From an uncultured delta proteobacterium (GTDB lineage Bacteria > Myxococcota_A > Polyangia > Polyangiales > B10-G4): a stretch of DNA of 64,000 nucleotides. The position numbers and the translations under genes were made by a program. Shown one piece after another: positions 9,419-18,571 of the stretch; positions within the stretch are counted from its first letter, which is position 1, and every line of letters begins with the position of its first letter. The stretch lies in NCBI GenBank assembly GCA_963727445.1, contig CAVSGI010000021.1, positions 576,001 to 640,000 of the forward strand. The letters run 5' to 3'. A model generated the notes under the pieces. That model did not search any database, was not told the origin of the DNA, and saw only the letters and a program-made list of their open reading frames with translations.

Positions 9419-10227
9419 CCGGCCGTGGCCCCACCCGCGTTGAACATGTAGCCGACCAGGACCGCGGCGGCGAAGACGTAGCCCACCATGGTGCCGATGG
9501 CGGCGCGCCGGCCGCGCCAGCCAGCGGCCACCCTGAGCCCGAGGACCGCGGCGAAGACCAGCCAGGCGATGAGCGCGAAGCCCTGCGCGGCGGTGATGGC
9601 GGGAGCGTCCGGGTGGACTCGGACCGCCCAGATCCCACCGGTGACGATGCCGATCGTCAACAGCGGGAAGCCGACGGTGATCAGGCGGAAGCTCAGCATG
9701 TCGAGGACGTCGAGAGCGGGAAGGCGCTGAAAGAGACCGCCCAGCTTCTTGCGGCGCAGGAGCGCCTCCTGGATCAGGTAGGCCAGCGCCGTGGCGAAGG
9801 CGAGGGTGAAGGCCACCACGCCGAGGATGTTCACGCTGACGTGCACCGGCAGAAGGAAGGAGCGGACCTCCTGGGGGACCTCCTCCACGCTGTGGCCGAG
9901 GCTCGCGCCGAAGAGAAAGAGCAGGGTCACCGGGGTGATGAAGCCGCCCAGGACCGCGAGCTTGTAGCGGGTGCTCGCGATCAGATAGGCGAGGACGATC
10001 AGCAGAGACGCGAGGGACAGCGTCCGGTGGATGTCGCCGATGGGGGGGTTGCCCGCCGTCGCCCAGTCCGCGGCCAGAAAGCCGATGTGCAGGATCGCCG
10101 CCCCGACCAGTGCGTATTGTCCGAACTTGCCGGTGCGCTCCGTGCCCTTGGCCAGGTACGTGAGGTAGAGCGCACAGGCCACCGTGTAGAAGGCCACGGT
10201 CGCCACGAACAGTCCTGTGACGAGCAT
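9415..10227 (-). CDS. ccsA: Cytochrome c assembly protein (CcsA/HemX-like)
   Basis: Multi-TM protein with LLPVH and GFPLLTIGIVTGGIWA motifs; directly upstream of hemA. Confidence 0.8.
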   Translation of the reverse strand: MLVTGLFVATVAFYTVACALYLTYLAKGTERTGKFGQYALVGAAILHIGFLAADWATAGNPPIGDIHRTLSLASLLIVLAYLIASTRYKLAVLGGFITPVTLLFLFGASLGHSVEEVPQEVRSFLLPVHVSVNILGVVAFTLAFATALAYLIQEALLRRKKLGGLFQRLPALDVLDMLSFRLITVGFPLLTIGIVTGGIWAVRVHPDAPAITAAQGFALIAWLVFAAVLGLRVAAGWRGRRAAIGTMVGYVFAAAVLVGYMFNAGGATAG

Positions 10228-10234
10228 GGGACCT

Positions 10235-10654
10235 CTACGAGTTGCTCAGGAAGAAGCGAGCGAGGAGATCGATCTCGCCTTCGTCGGTGGTCTCGCCGGT
10301 GGCGGCGGCGGCGGCAGCGGCGAGGTTGTCGCCGGTGACCATCGGCTCCTCTTCCAGGATCGGCTCGCCGACGAAGCCCTCGACCACCGTGTAGGCGTTG
10401 TCGCCGAGGATCACGGAATCGTACGCGTGCTCACCACCGAGCTCGGTCACCTGCTCGAGGTCCTTGACCTTGCCCACGAGCTGGGCTTCGTCGCCCCCTC
10501 CGGCCAGCTCTTCGACGAAGTGAAGGGCGGTCTTGAGGCGGAAGCGCTGTCCACCGGGCTGGAGCTTCATCTCGTCTCCTTCGACGTCGATGCGGCCCTT
10601 CTCCATCCAGGAGTCGAGCGCGTCTTGCGGAAGGAATACCCGGTTGAGACCCAT
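10235..10654 (-). CDS. Hypothetical acidic protein
   Basis: Coding-like ORF co-oriented with the hem operon, ending DLLARFFLSNS. Confidence 0.7.
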   Translation of the reverse strand: MGLNRVFLPQDALDSWMEKGRIDVEGDEMKLQPGGQRFRLKTALHFVEELAGGGDEAQLVGKVKDLEQVTELGGEHAYDSVILGDNAYTVVEGFVGEPILEEEPMVTGDNLAAAAAAATGETTDEGEIDLLARFFLSNS

Positions 10655-10729
10655 GATTTCGAGGGTATCACGGGGCTCGGGGGGAGGGCACGTCCCCGCG
10701 GCCGGCCGAGCGGCGCGCGGTCTCGGGGA

Positions 10730-10757
10730 TTGACAACGGACCACGCCCAACTACAAA
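10730..10757 (+). promoter_or_regulatory. Candidate sigma70-type promoter for trxA
   Basis: TTGACA-N16-TACAAA about 40 bp upstream of the ATG. Confidence 0.4.
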
Positions 10758-10795
10758 CATCCCGATATCGGGGACAGGCCCCACCGGGAGAGACC

Positions 10796-11125
10796 ATGGC
10801 TGGAAAGAACGTGCACGAAGTCAACGACCTCAACTTCGACCAGGAGGTCCTTCAGTCGGACGTTCCGGTGCTCGTCGACTTCACCGCGACATGGTGCGGA
10901 CCCTGCCGTCAGGTCTCCCCGCTGGTCGATCAAGTCGCCGACGAGTACGAGGGCAAGCTCAAGGTCACCAAGCTCGACATCGACGACGCCCCGGCCACCG
11001 CGCAGAAGTACGGCATCCGAGGCGTGCCCACCCTCTACGTCTTCAAGGGCGGCGAGGTCGTCGCCCAGCAGGTCGGCGCCGTCCCGAAGAACGTGATCCA
11101 GGCACTCGTAGAGCGCGCGCTCTAA
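10796..11125 (+). CDS. trxA: Thioredoxin
   Basis: WCGPC active site, IRGVPTL, 109 aa. Confidence 0.96.
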   Translation: MAGKNVHEVNDLNFDQEVLQSDVPVLVDFTATWCGPCRQVSPLVDQVADEYEGKLKVTKLDIDDAPATAQKYGIRGVPTLYVFKGGEVVAQQVGAVPKNVIQALVERAL

Positions 11126-11699
11126 AGCGAGCGCTCCCAAAGGAGCGCGAGCCACGCAGAAGGCTCGTGGGAGCGAAGCGGAAGGCCTCGCAGCGAGGCC
11201 GAAGGCCTCGTCGCGAGGCCTGAAGCGCAGCGAGCACGAGCCGGTAGTGAGCCCAAGCGAGCGCTCCCAAAGGAGCGCGAGCCACGCAGAAGGCTCGTGG
11301 GAGCGAAGCGGAAGGCCTCGCAGCGAGGCGGAAGGCCTCGTGGCGAGGCCTGAAGCGCAGCGAGCACGAGCCGGTAGTGAGCCCAAGCGAGCGCTCCCAA
11401 AGGAGCGCGAGCCACGCAGAAGGCTCGTGGGAGCGAAGCGGAAGGCCTCGCAGCGAGGCGGAAGGCCTCGTGGCGAGGCCTGAAGCGCAGCGAGCACGAG
11501 CCGGTAGTGAGCCAAGCGAGCGCTCCCAAAGGAGCGCGAGCCACGCAGAAGGCTCGTGGGAGCGAAGCGGAAGGCCTCGCAGCGAGGCGGAAGGCCTCGT
11601 GGCGAGGCCTGAAGCGCAGCGAGCACGAGCCGGTAGTGAGCCCAAGCGAGCGCTCCCAAAGGAGCGCGAGCCACGCAGAAGGCTCGTGGGAGCGAAGCG
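11125..11699. repeat. Tandem array of ~4.4 x 130-bp palindrome-rich units (REP/BIME-like)
   Basis: Units start at 11125, 11255, 11385, 11514 and 11644; near-identical; several hairpins per unit; lies between convergent genes. Confidence 0.93.
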
Positions 11700-11710
11700 C
11701 CCCCCGCCCG

Positions 11711-14023
11711 CTACTGCCCGGAGTTCCCCGACTCCTGCTGCAGCTGCAGAAAGCGCTGCTGAAGCCGGCGCTCGCGCTCGGCTTCGGCGCGCCGGTGAGA
11801 CGCGATCAAGACGCCTCCCAGGATGATGACGGAGGCGAGGACCACGGCGCCGATGAGGATCCACTTGCCCATCGTCGACTGGCGCGCGGCGAGGGGTGCG
11901 GCGTAGGGCGCGACGGCGGTCGCGCCGATGCTCGACTCCTCGTCGGCATCGTAGTCGTCGCCTGACACCACGACCTTGGGCGTCGGATCGCGACGCTTCT
12001 CCAAGGGCGGCGTCGACTTCGGCGCCGCCGCCGGGGCGGCCTGCGGCGGCGGCGCGGAGGCGGGTGCGGCCGACGGCGCAGGCTTGGAGGTGCGCTTGGG
12101 TGCGGGCGGCAAGCGTCCGGGCGGAGGCGCGACGGGCGTGGGCGCTGCCTTCTGGGCGGGTGCCGCCTGCTGGGTGGGTGCTGCCGCCTTCTGGGCGGGT
12201 GCCGCCTGCTGGGCGGGCGCCGGCTGCTGGGCGGGTGCCGGCGGTAGACGCTTCTTGGCCTTCGCCTTCGCCGCGGCGGGCGCGGGCTTGGCCTTGGCCT
12301 CTGCCTCGGCCTCTGCCTGCATCTCCACGCCGAGCGCAGCGCGCATCAAGCGGGGATCGATGTCGGGGACGCTGACCTTTCGCTTCCGCGCGGGCGATCC
12401 GTCGTCGTCGCCACCGAGCGCAGCGGCGAGCAGATGCGGAGCGACGCGATCGTCGCCACCGTCGCGGTCGACCGAGCGCGCTTCGAGGATGTCTTCGGCG
12501 CGAACCTGCTGGGTGCCTTCGGCTGCGGGCTTCGGCTCGTCCTCGTCCTCGTCGACGACCTCGAGGAGATCGTCGGCGTGAAGTTGCTGCGTGCCGTCCG
12601 CGCTCTTCTTCCTCGGCTTCCGCCTCGGTTCCTTCGCGCGAGGCGTGGTCTTGCTGGACGGAAGCTCTTCGAGATCCTCGGCGAGGATCTCCTGCGTGCC
12701 GCCTTGGGCCGCTCCCTCCGGAAGGCCGACCTTGCGCTTGGCGTCGGTGGGCTCGTCGTCGAGGATGTCTTCGGCGAGGATCTCCTGGGTGCCTTCCTTC
12801 GCAGCGCCCTCGGGCAGTCCCTTCCCCCGCGGCCGGACGTCCTCTTTGCGCGTGCGCGGATGCGTGTGCTCGTCGCTCTCCGTCCGCGCGAGGGGCCGCG
12901 CCCTCTCCGTCAGCGCGAGATCGTCGTACTCCTCGTCGTGATCGAGCGCCTGCCCCAGCGCCTCGGCCGCGGCTTCGGGGCTCATCGAGGGTACTTTCGC
13001 GGTGTTGTCGACCAGATCGAGGCTCGTCTCCTCGATCGTATCCATCCGGAGCGCACGCCGGTTGCGCGTCGCGCCCATCGGCGTGGGCTCGACGACTTCG
13101 TCCGGGGGGAGCAAGAGGCCGCTCGTCGGCTTGCCGGAAGCTCTCTCTGCGTCTTCGTACGCACCGGGATCGACGCTGGGGATCGGGAGGTCCGCCGCGC
13201 GCGCGATCGCTTCCACCAACGCACCGAGCGTCTCCGGCCTCTTCTTCGGATCTCTGGCGAGGAGCGGGTTCAGCGCGTCAGCGATCGACCGCAGCTCCTT
13301 GGGTGCGCTCGCTCCCGGCACTGGCAGCCGTCCGGTCAAGCACTCGAAGGCGACGCAGGCGACGCCGAAGCGATCGGCCGCCCCACCCGAGATCCCTTGC
13401 GCGAGCTCGGGGGCCATCGTCCGCGACAGCACGGGATCTCCCTGCGCGGCGCTCGCCACCGACACGGGCGGCAGCGCCGAGACCACGAACGGAAAGGTGA
13501 GGGTCAGCCCGTCTTGCCCGAGCCAGATGCGATCCAGGCGGACGTCTCCGTGATGAAGCGGCGGCGGGAGCGCTTCGACCGCCGCGGCGAGCCGCGCGAT
13601 CACCGGCAACACCTCCTTGGGCGACAGCACGTCGGACCGAGCGCGCCGCGCCGTCAGGACCTCGCGCAGGCTGGCGCCGGTGGTCGGCGCTTCCACGACG
13701 TAGAGCCGGTCCTTGTCGTCGACGTCTGCGTCGAGGAGGCCCGGGACGAACCTGTTGCCGATGCCGATGGTCTGCGAGAGCGCATCGGCCACGGCGCGCG
13801 GCGGGGTCTTGCCCAACAGGAACGGGTCGACGAGCCGGAGGATGCACGGCTTCTCCGTCTCTTGATCCTGGGCGCGATGGTTCGTCGCGAACGGATCACG
13901 ACCGATCCGTTCGAGGATCTCGTAGCGTTCGCCGAGCACCTCGCCGGGTCGCGCCCCCCTGCTCCGAGTCACCGGCGATCCGGTGATGTCGGTAGTCGGG
14001 CCTTGCTCATGACGGCTCGCCAT
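11711..14023 (-). CDS. Ser/Thr kinase-like protein (probable pseudokinase) with long disordered linker and C-terminal TM helix
   Basis: RYEILERIG, HHGDVRLDRI, MAPE and ADRFGVACVAFECLTGRLP; acidic and Pro/Ala-rich linker; TM WILIGAVVLASVIILGGVLIA. Confidence 0.8.
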   Translation of the reverse strand: MASRHEQGPTTDITGSPVTRSRGARPGEVLGERYEILERIGRDPFATNHRAQDQETEKPCILRLVDPFLLGKTPPRAVADALSQTIGIGNRFVPGLLDADVDDKDRLYVVEAPTTGASLREVLTARRARSDVLSPKEVLPVIARLAAAVEALPPPLHHGDVRLDRIWLGQDGLTLTFPFVVSALPPVSVASAAQGDPVLSRTMAPELAQGISGGAADRFGVACVAFECLTGRLPVPGASAPKELRSIADALNPLLARDPKKRPETLGALVEAIARAADLPIPSVDPGAYEDAERASGKPTSGLLLPPDEVVEPTPMGATRNRRALRMDTIEETSLDLVDNTAKVPSMSPEAAAEALGQALDHDEEYDDLALTERARPLARTESDEHTHPRTRKEDVRPRGKGLPEGAAKEGTQEILAEDILDDEPTDAKRKVGLPEGAAQGGTQEILAEDLEELPSSKTTPRAKEPRRKPRKKSADGTQQLHADDLLEVVDEDEDEPKPAAEGTQQVRAEDILEARSVDRDGGDDRVAPHLLAAALGGDDDGSPARKRKVSVPDIDPRLMRAALGVEMQAEAEAEAKAKPAPAAAKAKAKKRLPPAPAQQPAPAQQAAPAQKAAAPTQQAAPAQKAAPTPVAPPPGRLPPAPKRTSKPAPSAAPASAPPPQAAPAAAPKSTPPLEKRRDPTPKVVVSGDDYDADEESSIGATAVAPYAAPLAARQSTMGKWILIGAVVLASVIILGGVLIASHRRAEAERERRLQQRFLQLQQESGNSGQ

Positions 14024-14094
14024 CGATCCCGCGGGAAATTATCACAAGACGGGGACGTCCCGCCCGATCCAGGACGGAGTCGACCCGACTGGGC

Positions 14095-14541
14095 TCATTT
14101 GCGCCCGGTACTGCCGAAGCCACCGCCTCCGCGGGCGGTGGTTTCGAGGGATTCGGCCCTCTCGACCCGAACTCGGGTCACCGGCGCCACCACGAGCTGG
14201 GCGATTCGTTCGCCCGGCTCGATGGCGTAGGCCTCCTCACCGAGGTTCACGAGCAGGACCTTCACCTCGCCGCGATAGTCCTCGTCGATGGTGCCCGGTG
14301 CGTTGGTGACGGTGATCCCGTGCTTGGCAGCGAGGCCCGAGCGCGGTCGCACCTGTCCCTCGTGGCCCGGCGGCAGCGCGATGGCGATCCCGGTGGGAAC
14401 GATCGCACGCCCGCGCGCCTCGAGGCGCAGAGGCGCCTCGAGGCAGGCCGTGAGGTCGAGCCCCGCGGCGCCATCGCTGGCATAGCGGGGCTCGCTCGCG
14501 TCCGCCGAGAGAAGGCGGACGCGGAGCGTCGGCTCGCTCAC
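14095..14541 (-). CDS. dut: dUTP diphosphatase
   Basis: AGLDL, PRSGLA, GTIDEDYRGE and RGGGGFGSTG motifs. Confidence 0.97.
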   Translation of the reverse strand: MSEPTLRVRLLSADASEPRYASDGAAGLDLTACLEAPLRLEARGRAIVPTGIAIALPPGHEGQVRPRSGLAAKHGITVTNAPGTIDEDYRGEVKVLLVNLGEEAYAIEPGERIAQLVVAPVTRVRVERAESLETTARGGGGFGSTGRK

Positions 14542-14546
14542 TCGCC

Positions 14547-17120
14547 TCAGGCCCGGTCGCCGTCGCGGTCGCGGTCGCGGTCGCCACGCTCACGGTCGCC
14601 GCGCTCACGGTCGCCACGCTCACGGTCGCCACGCTCGCGGTCGCCACGCTCGCGGTCGCCGCGCTCGCGGTCGCCGCGCTCGCGGTCGCCACGCTCGCGG
14701 TCGCCACGCTCGCGGTCGCCACGGTTGCGGTCGCGGTCACGGTCACGGTCACGGTCACGGTCACCGCGTCCACCGCGGTCGCGATCACGGTCGCGTCCGC
14801 CGCGTCCACCGCGGTCGTCGTCGTCGCGGCGACGCCGACGGCGACGCTCGCCGCCACCCTCACCGCCGCGGTCGCGGTCGCGATCACGATCGCGCCCACG
14901 TCCGCCGCCGCCGCGTCCACCGCGATCACGATCACGGTCGCGCCCGCCGCGTCCGCCGCGGTCACGGTCACGTCCGCCGCGGTCGCCGCGCTCGCGCTCG
15001 GGCGGAGGCTCCCAGCCCTCGGGCTTCGGGAGGAGCTCCTTGCGGCTGAGCTTGATCTTGCCGTCGCGGTCGATGTTGCTGACCACGACCTCGACCTCGT
15101 CGCCGAGGTCCATGTGGTCCTCGACCTTGTCCACGTGCTCCCACGCGAAGTCGGAGATGTGGAGCAGGCCGTCCTTGCCGGGAGCGATCTCGAGGAACGC
15201 ACCGTAGCGTTCGACGCGCCGCACGATGCCCTTGTACTTCTTGCCGACCTCCGGCTCGGTGGTCAGGCCTTCGATGATCTCGATGGCCTTCTTGACCGCC
15301 TCGGAGTCGTGGTGGGCGATCGACACGGTGCCGTCGTCCTCGACGTTGATCGCGCAGCCGGTCTGGTCGGTGATCGCCTTGATCATCTTGCCGCCGGGGC
15401 CGATGACGAGGCGGATCTGGTCCGGCTTGACCTTGATGGGTGTGGATGCGCGGCGCGTACTTGCTGAGCTCCTCGCGGGGACGATCGAGGACCTCGTTCA
15501 TCTTGTCGAGGATGTGCAGCCGGCCGTCGCTGGCCTGCTTCGAGCGCCTGCGTCCATGATCTTCGCGGACAGGCCCTCGATCTTGATGTCCATCTGGATG
15601 GCGGTGACGCCCTTCTCGGTGCCGCAGACCTTGAAGTCCATGTCGCCGAGGTGGTCCTCGTCGCCCAGGATGTCGGTGAGGATGGCGTAGTCGTCGCCCT
15701 CCTTGATGAGGCCCATGGCCACGCCGGCGACCGGCGCCTTGATCGGCACGCCGGCGTCCATCAGCGCGAGGGCGCCGCCGCAGACGCGTCGCCATCGACG
15801 AGCGAGCCGTTCGACTCGGTGATCTCCGAGACGATGCGGATGGTGTAGGGGAAGTCCTCCGTGCTCGGGATCAGCGCGGTGAGCGCGCGCTCGGCCAGGT
15901 TGCCGTGGCCGATCTCGCGACGGCCCGGGCCGCGCATGAAGCGCGTCTCGCCGACCGAGTAGGGCGGGAAGTTGTAGTGGAGCATGAAGCGCTTCCAGTA
16001 CGGTCCTCGAGAGCCCGTCGATCTTCTGCTCGTCGGTCGCGGTGCCGAGGGTCGTGGTGACGATGGCCTGGGTCTCGCCGCGGGTGAAGAGCGCCGAGCC
16101 GTGGGTGCGCGGAAGCCAGCCCGACCTCGATGCTGATCGGCCGAACGGTCGTCGAGTCGCGACCGTCGACGCGGCGTCTTGTCGAACAGGACCTGCGCGC
16201 GCATCGTGTTCGTACTTGAGGTCGCTCGTAGGCCTCCTTGATGTCGCCTTCCTGCTCGGGATACTTCTCCGCGAGCGCGGCGACGGCTTCCTTCTTCACG
16301 TCGGCTTGAACTTGCCGTAGCGCGCGTGCTTCTCGGCGATGTTGCAGGCTTCCTTGATGCCGGTCGAGGCCGACTTCCTTGACGCTCGCGGCGGATCTCG
16401 GAGGCGCAGCGACGGGCGGCTCGTAGCTCCCACTTCTCGTCGCCGGCGGCCTCGCGGAGCTTCTCGATGAGCTCGAGCATCGCCCTGGACCGCTTCGTGG
16501 CCGAAGAAGATGGCCTCGATGAGGTCGTCCTCGCTCATCTCGTCGGCGCTCGCCCTCGACCATGACGATCGCGTCCTTGCTGGCGCGCGATGATCAGCTC
16601 GCAGTCGCTCTCCGCGAGCTCGGAGACGGTCGGGTTGGCGACGAACTTCGCCGTCCACCCGACCGACGCGAACGCCCGCGATCGGGCCGGCCCAGGGGAT
16701 GGGCGATTGTGCGAGGGCCGCCGCGCAGCCGATCATGGCCAGCACGTCGGAGAGGTTCTCGCCGTCGGCCGACAGGACGGTGGCGATGACCTGGATCTCG
16801 TTGCGGTAGCCGTCGGGGAAGAGGGGGCGGCAGGGCCGGTCGATGAGGCGCGAGGTCAGGACCTCGTGGTCGCGAAGCCGACCTTCACGCTTGAAGAACC
16901 CGCCGGGGATCTTGCCCGCGGCGTACGTCTTCTCGATGTAGTCGACGGTCAGCGGAAGGAAGTTCTGGAAGGGCTTCGCTTCCTTTGCACCGCAGACGGT
17001 GCAGAGGACGACGGTGTCGCCGCTGCGAATGATGACGGATCCCTGCGCTTGCTTCGCGACGCGTCCGGTTTCGATCGAAACGACCTTGTCGCCGATCTTG
17101 ACGCTTTCCTTGATGATCAC
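14547..17120 (-). CDS. pnp: Polyribonucleotide nucleotidyltransferase, multiple apparent frameshifts between ~15440 and ~16680
   Basis: [62 protein letters not shown] and S1 domains spread over several frames; GTG start with GGAGG; downstream of rpsO. Confidence 0.95.
14580..14714 (-). repeat. Coding tandem repeat, 9 x 15 bp encoding RERGD in the PNPase tail
   Basis: Repeated GTCGCC(A/G)CGCTC(A/G)CG units with variation only at synonymous positions. Confidence 0.9.
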
Positions 17121-17193
17121 TTGGGCTATCTCCTCCGGACCCCTCGGCCCGGCTCGGACAAATGTGGTAGCCCGCGAACGACGCAAAGTGCGC

Positions 17194-17254
17194 TCGGTCC
17201 TCGGCCGGGTCATCCGACTCGCGCACGACTCCGAAAGAGCCGGCCGAAGATCGA
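17194..17254 (-). promoter_or_regulatory. Long stem-loop in the pnp leader, candidate RNase III site
   Basis: UCGAUCUUCGGCCGGCUC pairs with GACCCGGCCGAGGACCGA in the rpsO-pnp intergenic region. Confidence 0.5.
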
Positions 17255-17327
17255 ACCCGCACCGCGGCGTCCGCTGGCCACCGGGTGACGAGCGGAGCAA
17301 CGGCCCCGCCCATCGATGGCGGGACGC

Positions 17328-17597
17328 TTACTTACGAATCCCGAGAGCTTCGATGATTTTGCGATAACGCTCGACGTTCTTGCCGCGAACGTAATCGAGG
17401 AGCCGCCGGCGGCGGCTGACGAGCTTGAGCAGCCCGCGACGCGAGTGATGATCCTTCTTGTGCGTCTGGAAGTGCTCAGTCAGGTAGTTGATGCGCTCGG
17501 TGAGCAGAGCGATCTGAACCTCGGGCGACCCGGTGTCGCTGGCCGTGAGCTGGAAGGCTTCGATGATCTCGCGCTTACGATCTTGAAGAAGTGCCAT
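17328..17597 (-). CDS. rpsO: 30S ribosomal protein S15
   Basis: [13 protein letters not shown]...[14 protein letters not shown], 89 aa. Confidence 0.98.
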   Translation of the reverse strand: MALLQDRKREIIEAFQLTASDTGSPEVQIALLTERINYLTEHFQTHKKDHHSRRGLLKLVSRRRRLLDYVRGKNVERYRKIIEALGIRK

Positions 17598-17667
17598 GGT
17601 CGGCTTACTCGCTACGGGCGCCCACGCGCCCAGAATGAATCACGTTTCTCCGATTTTCGGACGGCGG

Positions 17668-17696
17668 ACTATGTCCCGGGGGTGGGGGGGCGTCAA
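17668..17696 (-). promoter_or_regulatory. sigma70-type promoter for rpsO-pnp
   Basis: TTGACG-N17-CATAGT on the minus strand. Confidence 0.55.
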
Positions 17697-17721
17697 GCCA
17701 TTGGGGGACTAGATCGTAGGT

Positions 17722-18567
17722 ATGGAGGATCCTGGAGAAATTCGAAACTCCGACGGTGGCCGGCGGGCCCTGGTCACGGGTGCCTCGAAGGGGGTGGGGC
17801 TGGCCGTGGTGCGGCGGCTGGCCATGGAAGGGGCCCGCATCGCCCTCGTCGCCCGCGGCGCGGAGGCGCTCGAGGCGGCAGCCGAGCAGGTGCGCCGCGC
17901 CGGAGCGGAGGCGATCGCCTTGCGGGCGGACGTCTCGAAGCTCGATGAATGCGCGCGGGTCGTCAGCGAGACCGTCGCCGCTTTCGGCGGCCTCGACCTC
18001 CTCGTCAACAACGCGGGCGCTCACGTGCGCGGCACCTTCGCCGAGCTCGCGCCGGCGGACGTCGCGACCATGGTGGACGTCAACACCCGTGCCCCGCTCG
18101 TTCTGATCGCACACGCGCTGCCGCACCTCGCGCGCGCCCAGGGCTCCATCGTCAACGTCGCCTCCATCGCAGGCATGGCACCGCTGCCGGGCGCGGCCGT
18201 CTACAGCGGCACCAAGTTCGCCCTTCGCGCCTTTTCGATCGCGCTCCGCGAAGAGCTGAAGGACAGCGGCGTCTCGGTCTCCCTCGTGTCTCCGGGGCCC
18301 ATCGAGGACACCGGCTTCCTCATGGACCACGTCGAAGAAGCGGCCGACATCCTCTTCGCCCAGCCGATGAGCACCGCGGACGAGATCGCGGAGCTGGTGA
18401 TCGCGTCGGCGCGCGACGGCCGGCGCGAACGCGCGACGCCGCTGAGGACCTCGCTCCTGGCGAGTGCCTCCTACCTGGTGCCGGGGCTGAGGAGCGTCTT
18501 CGAGCCGATGATCCGGCGGCGGGGCGCACGGAACAAGGCGCGCCTGCTCGAAAGGCGCCGGCGTTGA
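17722..18567 (+). CDS. Short-chain dehydrogenase/reductase
   Basis: TGASKGVG, NNAG and YSGTK motifs. Confidence 0.92.
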   Translation: MEDPGEIRNSDGGRRALVTGASKGVGLAVVRRLAMEGARIALVARGAEALEAAAEQVRRAGAEAIALRADVSKLDECARVVSETVAAFGGLDLLVNNAGAHVRGTFAELAPADVATMVDVNTRAPLVLIAHALPHLARAQGSIVNVASIAGMAPLPGAAVYSGTKFALRAFSIALREELKDSGVSVSLVSPGPIEDTGFLMDHVEEAADILFAQPMSTADEIAELVIASARDGRRERATPLRTSLLASASYLVPGLRSVFEPMIRRRGARNKARLLERRRR

Positions 18568-18571
18568 CGTC

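Noticed and set aside
11125..11699. CRISPR array or protein-coding ORFs in the tandem repeat
   Set aside because: No unique spacers and no cas genes; the 130-bp unit is not a multiple of 3, so the overlapping ORFs are incidental.
14320..15207. SR-rich splicing-factor-like ORF on the + strand
   Set aside because: It is the antisense shadow of the PNPase RD/RGD tail.
15440..16700. Programmed frameshifting or a true pnp pseudogene
   Set aside because: Too many scattered shifts without slippery sites, and the motifs are otherwise intact; assembly error is the simpler explanation.
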